In this document: positions 48,202-59,500 of the stretch, piece after piece
Numbering within the stretch: position 1 is the stretch's first letter
Layout of the letters: each line of letters starts with the position of its first letter
Assembly: GCA_043228905.1 (NCBI GenBank)
Contig: JBHGNT010000017.1
Location: forward strand, 5,084,001-5,148,000
DNA length: 64,000 nt
Origin: Azolla caroliniana
Lineage: Eukaryota > Plantae > Polypodiophyta
Direction: 5' to 3'
Made by a program: the position numbers and the translations under genes
Notes under the pieces: generated by a model
Database searches by the model: none
Seen by the model: the letters and a program-made list of their open reading frames with translations, nothing else
Told to the model about the DNA's origin: nothing

Positions 48202-50012
48202 GTAAAACAACTTATTTTTATTATTTCATTCAGGAAAATGGTGGTAAAAGCTAATAATGGGCTATGAATCCAAGGGTCTTGGGTTCAAATCCAATCTCAT
48301 GCTTCCACACATCATTGTTGTATCTTACATCACTTCACTTCTCCAAAACTACATGCACATTGGTGTGAACTGTCTCGAAATAGTTGGCTGATTCAACCAA
48401 TAGTTTTGTTTCCCAAATGATTGAGATTGAAGATCTCATCACGGAGATAGGTTTAGAGGCATTTGGACATAGAGTTATGTCTCTCTCTCTCTCTCTCTCT
48501 ATTTGGTGAAAACGCACAATTATATTAATAAATGTGTGTGAAAAACATTACTTACAATGGGTATCACAATGGTCTCTCTTAAACAATCCCAATTACATGT
48601 ACCCATTAAACAATCCTCCTCCTCTCTCTCTCTCTCCAAACACACAATTTTATGTGCATTAATCAATAATGATGAAGCTCAAGTTAAAAGCCTAGTGGAT
48701 TGTGTGGAAGTTTTCTTGGGGTTAGCTAATACTCAAGTAGAAGTTTCTTTTCTTTCTAGAAACACACACCCCACGATAAACCTTCATAGTAAGCAATTGC
48801 TCTCTCTCTATCTCTCTCTCTCTATCTCTATGGATGCCAAAAATATCTATCTTATCTTACATCGGATTTCTCATTGGGTTCTTTTTGAGTTAAATTGGAG
48901 TCCACTCAAGCTTATCAATGCATTACCATATGTTATCCCATAGTTGACGCTCAATTTGTAGTAAAATTTGTTGTCAATGGGTAAAAAGTCATTCTTTTCA
49001 GTCCATCCCGTAGACCATAGAAGGCTTTTGGCAACAATATGTTTGATGAATCACATAAATATCTAATGATTATGACAATAAAAGAAACAATCATATACAG
49101 GGATCAAACCCTCAGATCATTGCATGAGTTCGTTGACAAGTCATGTTGTACATTTTAGTAAGGCTGAACTTTAGAAAACAAAAGTTACTATCATAGGTGA
49201 GGACTCATGGTCAAAGCTTTCAAAAGATGAGACTGCTCATTTTTACCTAGATTGTATTCTTTGGACATTCTGTGGCCTTACTTTCCAAACTCTTTTTAAA
49301 AAAAGAGGAAAACCCATAAATATATCTAGCAATTATACCTAATACAAAAAAGTTGGAATAGGACATGCACTATTTATAATTATTTGAGCATGTGTACTAA
49401 TAAAGATAAAGAGGTGATTTATTAGTTCTTTATCTTTATTAGTTGTTTGCAATGTTGGTAAAATGTCTAAAACTTGAGACATGTAGGTTAAGGTTTACAA
49501 ATCACGATGCACAACCAATAATATCATGCATTTGTAAAAACAAGTTGTGTCTATGATAAATTATTGAGTTAGTGGACTGAAACCCTTGAACCTTAATTGG
49601 TTGTTTCCAATTGAATGATGTATGCATAGTTATATAGGTTCTTGCTTGTTAAGCAATTTCTATCTTATTGATTTAATGCCAACAAAAAGCGAACTAGTAA
49701 TTGACAAATTGCATGCTCAAGGCCTTAAAAGGTATCAAATGTCCTAACTGGTAAATTTGAGTGCAATTCATTCATATGATTATGGGGTATTATTCTCTAG
49801 AATACGATGAGCACTATACTAAGATAGATTCTCCCTTTTCATATTCATTTTCTTATTACTTTGATATACATTTGTAGTTTCAAGTTTTCTTGTTCATTGT
49901 GACTCATGGAGTAGATTGTTGATTGGGTACTCATCATGGCCAACTTGAGAGAAGATGGGCATATCCTCTGAATAAGTGATAACTGATTATTTTTTTGTAT
50001 TGTGTGACAAAG

Positions 50013-50371
50013 GATGGTACTCAGGTCGAACTGCACACATACATGTGAGAGTGAGAACCTATGACTCAGATGGTAATACCACATTGTATGAGGACACATC
50101 ACAATTATTCTTCAATGACACCATCAATGAAGAGGTATTCAATAATGTGTATCCTTACAACAATCGGAGTAGTAAAAGAGATACCTACAACAACGAGGAC
50201 TCGTTATTTACAACAAGTAATGTTATCTCTCTTATTGGCAACTACACGGATGGTTATACAAGTTCAACAATTGAGATTAATATACCCTTCTCCACGTCAC
50301 CTTCATATTCTAATGCCTTCATTCGTCATATTTCTGACGATGATGATTTTGATCAACATCACGCCTCCTAA
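50013..50371 (+). CDS. Intradiol ring-cleavage dioxygenase-like protein, exon 2; spliced protein about 365 aa
   Basis: Pyrimidine tract and CAAAG| acceptor restore PG-WYSGRTAHIHVRV...TSQLFF.D...YPY....RDT.N.ED. Confidence 0.88.
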
Positions 50372-51084
50372 ATTATACAATGATTGTAGGCCAATTCTTT
50401 GCAAGGATTGACACTATAGACATACAACATAGGGATACATCTATTTGTGCAACTTTTACGCATAAATTTGCTAAAACAAATTTCCCTCTTGATTTATGGT
50501 AAATGGAATCTTGTTGAACATGCACAAAGTAAATAAAGTGCGTTTTATAGAGAAATCTAGAGATATTTAAGTATGTTTGATATTGAGCCTCCTTTAGAAA
50601 TTATGATAAGAACTTATAACATTTATTTGTCATTCAATAATGATATGAACTTCTTCTATAAATGTGTTAAATTCTAAACCAATGTTAAATGTGTTTAATT
50701 CTACATCAAGTAAAAGGCTAGGCCTATAAGAGCAATTGTTTGTGTGGTAAGTATGAAATTAGCTATGTGCTGTAAAATTAATGCACTATTTCTCAAAATT
50801 ACACTACATTACAACCTTGTCATGATTGGAGTGTTTCTAGAGTTCTTGCACTATCTTCAATCCACTTTAATCTAGCTTTTCACGTTCTAATAATTCAACT
50901 GCTTCACATACAATTGAGGACCATTTCACGATTGGAGTGTTGTTAGTGTTCCTTGTTGGATAATTTATCTTCTTCTTGTACTCTCTTTTGAATCCTATGC
51001 TTGATAATTGACTTGTCTACTTCATTCTTGATAATGGCAAGTGTGCTCCTCCATGTTTTGAGAGAAAATGAGAATATCATCAAG

Positions 51085-52656
51085 TTAAATGATGACAAAA
51101 TGATCGAGATATTCTCGGAATATATCGTTCATCATATGTTGAAAAACTGTTGGGGCGTTAGTAAGACCAAAAGGCATTACCTTGCATTTGAAATGCCCAT
51201 ACCGTGTTCGGAATGTAGTTTTCCATTCATCCCCCGGCTTGATGCGTACTAATGCTCCACGCAGATCAACTTTGGAGAAGACATGCGCAATGCGGAGCCG
51301 ATCAAGGAGTTCGGGGTTCAGAGGTAGCGGATAGCGGTTATGCTCAGTGAGTTTGTTGAGACCTCGGTAGTCGACGCATAAGTGGAGAGAACTGTCCTTC
51401 TTCTTCACGAATAATATGGGGGTCCCGACCGACAACTTAGAAGGTTGAATAAATCATTTCTCGAGGTTCTCATCGAGATACACGCGAAGGGCCTTCAGTT
51501 CTGGTGCAGACAACGCATATAGAGGACCAAAGGGTGGACACACACCTTCTTGAAGATCAATCAGATAGTTGTAGAGCCGATGTTCGGGCAAATGATTGAC
51601 ATTACATTTTTCAAATACGTCAGAGAAGTGTTGGTATTTGTCGGGAATAACGTGGAGTGTGTTAGAAATGGCGCCACAAACAACCCCATCTTGGATCAAT
51701 GGTGGGGTGGCCGAGTCGGAATCGACATTCTTCGAAGGATGGGAAACTGAATTGACCTTCATAGTTTTGTGTGAGCATCCTGTCTCGCTAAATGTGATCG
51801 AGCGGTTGCACCAATCCACTATTGGATTGTGTGCCTGCAACCACATTAGTCCTAAGAAGATCAGATGTCGAGGAGATGCGAAGAGGTAAAAGGTGAGCTC
51901 CTCTTGGTGTGAGCCCACACAAAGCCGTAATGGCATTGTAGTTTGAGTAATTGCTCCTGACGAGAGGATGCACCCGACGAATGGGTTTTGAGAGTCAAAC
52001 GACAGGTATGCCATGTGCTTGGGTGAACGTGACCTCGATGAAGCAAGAAGACGCCCTGAAATCAAGTAAAGCAATAGATTGAATGAAACTAGAATTAAAT
52101 GAAAGCCATACCTCCAATGTGAAATTGCTAGATGGTCCGGCAATGGAACCAAGAGAACGTGGGTGACGGGAGACGTCCACTTGCATGGCTCCTACTACAA
52201 CTGAATGATGTCGTTTTCTGGATGTTGGGGTCCGTTAGCTCAATGGAATTGTGGGCAATTACTCCTAGGACAATGGCGAACGAGATGACCAGAAGCACCA
52301 CAATACATGCACAAGCCATTAACTTGCCGAAATTGTCGTTCGGCATCGGTCAATGGCTGAAATCGGGCTTGATTAATTTCCATGGGGACTGGAGCATCTG
52401 CCAAAGTAGGGGAGCGTGACGTAGTCTATGGGAGGGATACCTGGGGTTGTACGACCGGGGCGTGTCGTGGAAGTGAATGAGGTGGACCCCAAGTCCAATG
52501 CTCTTCTTGGAGAAATTCGAAAAAACGATTGTCACAATGAACTGCTTGTGAAATTGCTTGGGATATAGAGGTGGGCTCGGGAAAGTTCAAGAGAAGATTC
52601 TTGACATTGCATTGAAGGCCCCGTGAAAGTGATAAGCTAAAGCTTGATCATCCCAA
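51085..52656 (-). mobile_element. Old, truncated Ty3/Gypsy fragment (gag C-terminus, protease, RT N-terminus)
   Basis: [37 protein letters not shown] and WLQAHNP.VDW, with many stops and frameshifts. Confidence 0.85.
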
Positions 52657-53201
52657 TGTGGAAGGGTTGGTAGGTGTGTGCATTTGCGAAAGCATATGAG
52701 AACCTATTTGTGTACTCGGAAAACAACACAGGAAGGAAGGAAGGCGGAGACTTACACATAAACTAGCTTTAATGGAAAGCTTTATTACGCTCTCTCACTC
52801 TCTCTCTCAGAGACTTGATACAATGTGCATCTCTCATCTTTACAACGGTAGGTTATTGCTTCCATACTAAGCCCTACCTATGTGGACGAGTTCACACTAG
52901 GATGGATACAAATCGCAAGGAGTCGGCCTATTATGCCAACAAACTCCCCCGTAAAAGGACTACTCTTTCTTGCGTATACAAGTGTTTGGGGTTATCTCCC
53001 CGTGAATCTAGATTACAGGATTATCCTAAATTTACATTACAAGTCAGTTGGCATGCGACCAAGTCGGCAGAGGTATAGTAAGTGTAGATATAGTTGTTCC
53101 AATTAGGTCTTACCTACTGTCCCTCGTTCGGCTTTCTTCTGCTCAATCTCTTGTTGTAGTCCCATCGTCATCCTTAGTGCTCCGAAACGTAGATGTGGGA
53201 G
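52657..53201. mobile_element. Probable partial LTR of another element, interrupted by the chromovirus at 53202
   Basis: Begins with TGT exactly where gag similarity (WDDQAL) ends; contains TTTAATGGAAAGCTT, also present in the Copia LTRs at ~5700 and ~18795. Confidence 0.4.
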
Positions 53202-53712
53202 TGTCATGATATGGCAAGACTCGAACCCATGACCTTAGGTTATATGTGTCGAGCTCTTGACCATTAGACCATCTATTGTAATACGTAAGATATTATTTTC
53301 ATTTACATTTTATTATAGGAAATTAGTGTATATTCCAGATTTCTCTGGAACATTCTAGAAGCTTCAGGATTACTCCTGAAAACACTATAAAAGAGGGCAC
53401 TAGGCATTATGTTGAACCAAATTGGTTCAACGCCAGTCTTAAGCCTTTTAGCCACCATTGTATATTCTCTTCATATAATACATATCTTTCTTATCATCAC
53501 ACACACACACACACACTCTCTCTCTCTTTCTCTCTGTCTCGCTCACTTCTTCCTTCTCTCGAAGAAGTTCCACACCTCTCATAGTACTAATCCTTCGTTT
53601 AGTACTAATTCCTTCTCTGTCTCAGTACTGTTCATGACAGTTTGAACCAATTTTCCTACCTTCTGTCTCTCTCATTTCCTACTAATATTTTATTCCTCTT
53701 TTCTTTCATCCC

Positions 53713-54864
53713 ATGGCCACTGTTAGCGCTGAAGAATATCAATATGTTTTCTCGGAATTCCAATGCTTGAAGGAGAAGTTCCATGCTTTGGAACAAGAAA
53801 ACCAACGGTTGCTGGGGGATCTTCAGCAAATCTCCTTAGAAAAGCAGCAAATGCAACAACAGCATGGGGAACTTGTGTTACGCGTGCAACAACTCGAAGC
53901 CACCATCGTAGCGATGCAACAACAAGGGCCCGGAACACAAGGGATTCATAAAGAACCTAAGATTGGCCTTCCCACGAAGTTCGATGGAACGCGATCGCAG
54001 TTTAGAGGGTTCCTTAACCAGGTACGATTAGTTATTCAAATGCATCCTTCCCGATATCCCACCGATGCATCTCGAGTGGGTTTAGTAGGCACTTTGTTAA
54101 GTGGCTCAGCGTTGTCATGGTTCGCTCCACTATTAGAAAAGGAATCTCCGTTACTCAACAATTTTGAAGAGTTTCTAGGTGAGTTTAAAGCATGTTTCGG
54201 AGATACTGACAGCATCAGGACCGCAATCAACAAAATCCGGCGATTACGCCAAGGTGACCGTCCAGCCTCCGCATACGCTGCAGATTTTCGCCTACTCGCC
54301 GCCGATATCCCTTGGGATGATCAAGCGTTGATGGAGCAATTCCGTTATGGTTTAAGCAACGACGTCAAGGATTTACTCTTGACCTTCCCCGAAGAGCCAA
54401 AGTCCTTAACAGAAGCAATCAGTCGCGCGGTGAGATGTGACAACCGCCTCTTTGAGCGACGTTCGGAACGACAACTACAGATGCCGAGGGCAAGATCAGA
54501 GCCCACCTACGCCTCAGTGGTAGCAAGACCTTTTCCGAGGGAGTCATATAATGCGCCTCCAGCGAATACTCCGACTCCGATGGAGATTGACACTACACGT
54601 CGTCGAGGGCCATTATCCGAAGAAGAAAAGCAGCGACGCCGTACAAATCGACTATGTCTTTACTGCGCTGGACCAGGACATATCGCAATAAATTGCCCCC
54701 ATAGGCCAAGAAGACAGGTAAACCAAATAGTCGCTAGTTCTAATTGTACTAAATCCGAGCCTATTTCAGTAGGGATATCTGATAGTCCTAATAGTACTAA
54801 TATCCCAGATCTAGCAAACAAATTTGATGTCCTTAGTCAGTTAGAAGAAGAGTTAAACGACTAA
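53713..54864 (+). CDS. gag: Gag (coiled coil, retrotransposon capsid domain, CCHC knuckle)
   Basis: 383-aa ORF with PTKFDG.R..FRGFL.Q, LRQG....AYAADFR, PTPMEID and [14 protein letters not shown]. Confidence 0.92.
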   Translation: MATVSAEEYQYVFSEFQCLKEKFHALEQENQRLLGDLQQISLEKQQMQQQHGELVLRVQQLEATIVAMQQQGPGTQGIHKEPKIGLPTKFDGTRSQFRGFLNQVRLVIQMHPSRYPTDASRVGLVGTLLSGSALSWFAPLLEKESPLLNNFEEFLGEFKACFGDTDSIRTAINKIRRLRQGDRPASAYAADFRLLAADIPWDDQALMEQFRYGLSNDVKDLLLTFPEEPKSLTEAISRAVRCDNRLFERRSERQLQMPRARSEPTYASVVARPFPRESYNAPPANTPTPMEIDTTRRRGPLSEEEKQRRRTNRLCLYCAGPGHIAINCPHRPRRQVNQIVASSNCTKSEPISVGISDSPNSTNIPDLANKFDVLSQLEEELND

Positions 54865-55814
54865 GTCCAGCCAAAATAGGAGTCGTTTGGTTGGACAACC
54901 CTAGATCTGTGCAGCCCATTAGTGGTTCCATTCCCACTAAGCAAGTTAGTGATGTGTTCGTAGCCCAAGTAATAGTTAGTACTAAAAGTACCCCTCCAGT
55001 ACATGTCCTAGCACTCCTAGATTCCGGAGCTAACTCTTGCTTTATGGATAAGAAATTTGCTCAAGCTCATAAGATATCCCTAAGAAAACTCCAGTGTCCA
55101 GCCTCTGTAGTAGTCATTGATGGACGTCCCATTGCTTCTGGAAATATCATAGAAGAGTCAGAGCCCATTAATATTGCCCTAGATAACTTAACATGTGTAG
55201 TATCATTTAATATTATTAGTATCCCAGAACATCCTATAGTTTTAGGACTACCGTGGTTCGAGTTACATAACCCAGAAATAGATTGGAGAACAAGAGAAAT
55301 CCGGTGTCGACAAACCCAAGGGTCAACTCAGAAGATGGCAACCATTTCGCTACGTCAGTTGCGTAAAGAAGGGCACAAGGAGGAAATGTTCCTCTTTGCA
55401 ATATCAGTAAACCCCTCCAGCACCACTAAAGAAGAATCCACCGTTCAACTTCCCGAGAAGTATCGTCATTACGCCGATGTGTTCGATAAAGTACAAGCCA
55501 ACACACTTCCTCATCATCGACCGTATGATTGCCCCATCGATTTACAACCGGGAAAAGAGCCGCCATGGGGACCGATCTACAATTTGTCACCAACCGAGCT
55601 GGAAGTCCTTCGGGCCTATATAGAGGAGAATTTGGAAAATGGTTTCATTCGGCATTCGAAATCTCCAGCCGGCGCGCCCATTTTCTTCGTCAAGAAAAAA
55701 GATGGATCGCTTCGTCTCGTTGTAGATTACCGTGGCTTGAATAAGGTTACAATCAGGAATAGGTATGCTCTTCCCCTTATCTCAAGTCTTTTAGAACGGA
55801 TCAATGGTGCCAGG
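54837..55814 (+). CDS. pol: Pol 5' part (aspartic protease plus RT N-terminus), in the -1 frame relative to gag
   Basis: ALLDSGA, LGLPW...[28 protein letters not shown]; frame open from 54837. Confidence 0.9.
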
Positions 55815-55891
55815 TGTTGGGATTTCGGTCCCTCCGGATGGGATGTCCGGAGATGAATGACGGCAAGCCCGGAGGCTGTTACCGAACCGTA

Positions 55892-56075
55892 TGATGAAGA
55901 GTACCCGGCATGAAGCCGGATGAAGAGTACCCGGTTACGGAGCCGGATGCTGAAGACCCCGGTTACGGAGCCGGATGATGAAGACCCCGGCTACGGAGCC
56001 GGATGATGAAGACCCCGGTTACGGAGCCGGATGCTGAAGACCCCGGTTACGGAGCCGGATGACGAATGTACCCGG
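55892..56075. repeat. ~28-bp tandem repeat in U3 of the Copia LTR (repeated in the 3' LTR at ~60744-60927)
   Basis: Unit TGAAGACCCCGGTTACGGAGCCGGATG(A/C). Confidence 0.9.
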
Positions 56076-56576
56076 AGGGAGATCCGGATGCGGGGACATA
56101 TTTGTGAATATGTTTGCCAAGAGCCCTTGAGGCTATATTTGTAAATAGCCCGAAAGTCATATGGGTATAAATATGACTTAGGGCAAACAGTTTAAGTTGT
56201 TGCTCATTTTATGTTTTCAGCCGAGAGAGCGAAGTGAGAGCAGCCGAGAGAGAGAGAGAGAGAGAGAGACGAAGAGGTCGACGCCTCTGTGTATTACCGC
56301 CGCCTGTGGCGAAGACAGTGAGCTCAAGGTCGTTGCCTTGAAGCTTCACCATTGTATATCCCTGTTCATAGTGATAGTTGGAGTTGTGCACTCCCGTGGT
56401 TTTTCCCGTTTAGGGTTTTCCACGTTATACCCTGTGTATTCGTCTCTCGTGTCTTTCTCTGTATTTCCTATTTTCTGCTGCATTGATCCGTGTTGGCTCG
56501 GTTGTGGCCGGGAGGCGAAAGATTTGATAGCGTTAAATCTCAACAATCTGGTATCAGAGCGACGGTAACACAGAAA

Positions 56577-59500
56577 ATGGAAGGCGGCGGTAGTGGGCCT
56601 CCGGGCATGATGGTGCTGAACGCGCAGAACTACGCCGACTGGAAGATAAAGATGGAGGATCTGCTCATTGTTCGGGACCTGTATGAACCGATCGACAGGT
56701 CGGAAATACCCAAGGGGGTACTTGAGACGGAGTGGAGGCTTCTGAACCGGAAAGCCGTTGCAACCATTCGGCAATACGTCGACGTGAGCGTTCTACAACA
56801 CGTGGCGAACGACACCAACGCATATGAGATGTGGAGGAAGCTGTCGGGCCTCTACGAGAGGAAGAATGCGTTGAACCGGACCTCCCTGATGAGAAAGATA
56901 GTGAACCTCAAGTACCGGGACGGCGAAAGTATGGTGGAACACGTAAGCACGTTCATGGGATTCGTGAACCAGCTTGCGGCGATCAAGTTCCCGTTGGAGG
57001 ATGCAATGCAAGCCATCATCCTGATGTGTACATTGCCGGACAGCTGGGAGAACTTGGTGGTGACTCTCAGCACCTCCTGCGCCGAAGATAACTTGTCCCT
57101 ACAAACGGTAAAGACAAGTATTTTGAACGAAGAAGCGCGTCGGAGAGATAAAGAACCGGTCTCCGACTCGAAGGCGCTGCTTACCGAATCGGATCGGGGA
57201 AGACAGTGGAACCGGAGTCCGCAAAGACGGGAGAAGTCGGGGACCCGGTCGCAGTCAAGAGGAAGGCCCACATGCTTCCACTGTGGGAAGCCGGGGCACT
57301 TCCGGAAGAATTGTCGGCATTACCGAAAGGACAACGGAGCCGACGACACCGATTCGAAGAAGTCACCGGAGAGAAACGGTGCATACCGGGGAGCCACGGA
57401 CCGGAGAGGTCCGGATCGGCGAGGGCAGGACCGGAAAGGAACGACGGCACTCGCGGCAAGTGAAGAAGAGATAATGCTCATTACCGAAGAGAGGGAGCTG
57501 AACCTTGCCGGTGTAGAGATGACCTGGGTGGTCGATTCCGGAGCGTCGTTCCACTTGACCCCGGAGAAGAAATACTTCTCATCCTACACAGCCGGTGAGC
57601 ACGGCTTTGTCCGGATGGGAAATGAAGGTACATGCCGGATTGCCGGCATAGGAGACGTGTGGCTGTTGACATCAACCGGATGCAAGATGCTGTTGAAGGA
57701 TGTGCGACACGTTCCGGAGGTTCGATTGAACCTGATTTCGGCCGGGAGGCTAGACGATGAAGGCTACACGGGTAGCATCCGGAACGGTGTCATGAAGTTC
57801 AGCAAAGGGAGCCTGATAGTGGCTCGGGCCCGGAAGATTAACACACTGTACCTGATGAATTCCCGGCTATGTCCGGAGGAGCTGAACGTGGCAGCTGACA
57901 CTGCCGGTGAGCTATGGCACAAGAGACTGTGCCACATGAGCGAGAAGGGGATGAAAAGGCTTGCAGAAGACAACCTTATTCCAGTGAAGCATGTGCACCT
58001 GGAGAAGTGCACCGACTGCCTGGCCGGTAAGCAGAACCGAACCTCCTTCCACTCAAGGCCACCGACGAGACGTAGCACACCATTGGAGTTGGTGCACACT
58101 GATGTATGTCAGGTAGAAACGAAGTCACATGGCGGAGCCCAGTACTTCGTGACATTCATTGATGATCACAGCCGGAAGCTGTGGACGGCACCGTTGAAGA
58201 CAAAGGACCAAGTTTTGTCCGTCTTCAAGGAACTCCACGCGAGAGTGGAAAGGGAATCCGGCAAGAAGCTGAAAGCGATACGAGCGGATAACGGAGGGGA
58301 ATACCGGGGGCAGTTCCAGGAGTACTGTCGCTCGAAGGGAATCCGGCTCGAGTTTACTGTGCCGAAGACGCCGGAACTGAACGGGCTGGCCGAGAGGATG
58401 AACCGGACCATAATGGAGAGGGTCCGGAGTATGCTGGCGCATGCGAAATTACCCAAGGGGTTTTGGGCTGAGGCAATGTCGACGGCGACATACGTGATAA
58501 ACAGATCACCCTCAGTACCTCTGGACGGAGACACGCCGCAGAAAGTGTGGACCGGTAAGGAAGTGTCCTACCGGCATCTGAAGGTGTTCGGGTGTCTCGC
58601 TTACGTGCATGTGGCAAAGGACCGGAGAGGAAAGCTAGATCCAAAGACCCGGCCATGCATATTCCTCGGTTACGGCAACGACGAGTTCGGCTACCGAGTA
58701 TGGGACCCGGTCGACAAGAAGATATTCAGGAGTCGAGACATCATCTTCATGGAGGACAAGACACTCGCCGACTTGGAGTCGGAGAAGAAGATGAAGAGCT
58801 CCAAGTCGACCGGTGAGGATAAACTCTACGAGGAGCAGTCCCGACCGGCAAGGGACCGGTTAGCACTCGAGGATCCGGCCGAAGACGGTGAAGAAACAGA
58901 ACCGGCCGAAGAAGAAGATGAAAATGATACCGGAACCGGCCCCGATCCCGAAATGGATTCGGATGAAGAAGAAGAATCGGAAGAACCGGTTACCGAAGCT
59001 CCCGAACGGAGATACCCTCTAAGAGAGAGAAGGGCCCCCCGGAGATTTCCGGAACCAGAGCACGTGCTGCTAACCGACGAGGGGGAGCCGGAGAGCTTTG
59101 AAGAAGCAAAGCAGGACACCCAGAGCCGCAGGTGGTTAAGCGCCATGCAGGACGAGATGGATTCCCTGCATGAGAACCACACATATGAACTTGTGGAGTT
59201 GCCGAAAGGAAAGCGGGCACTTCGAAACAAGTGGGTGTTCAAGCTGAAACCGGGAGATGCCGGAAACCCCCCGAGATATAAAGCTAGGATCGTAGTGAAG
59301 GGGTTCCAGCAGAAGAAGGGCGTCGACTTCGACGAGATATTTGCCCCGGTAGTGAAGATGACCTCCATCCGGACGGTGCTGAGCATAGCGGCAAGCATGG
59401 ACCTCGAGGTAGAACAGATGGACGTGAAGACGGCATTCCTTCACGGTGACCTCGAAGAAGAGATCTACATGCAGCAACCGGAAGGATTCGAGAAGAAAGG

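Noticed and set aside
48255-48300. B-box-like GGGTTCAAATCC in the dioxygenase intron
   Set aside because: No convincing cloverleaf or boundaries; at most a decayed SINE fragment.
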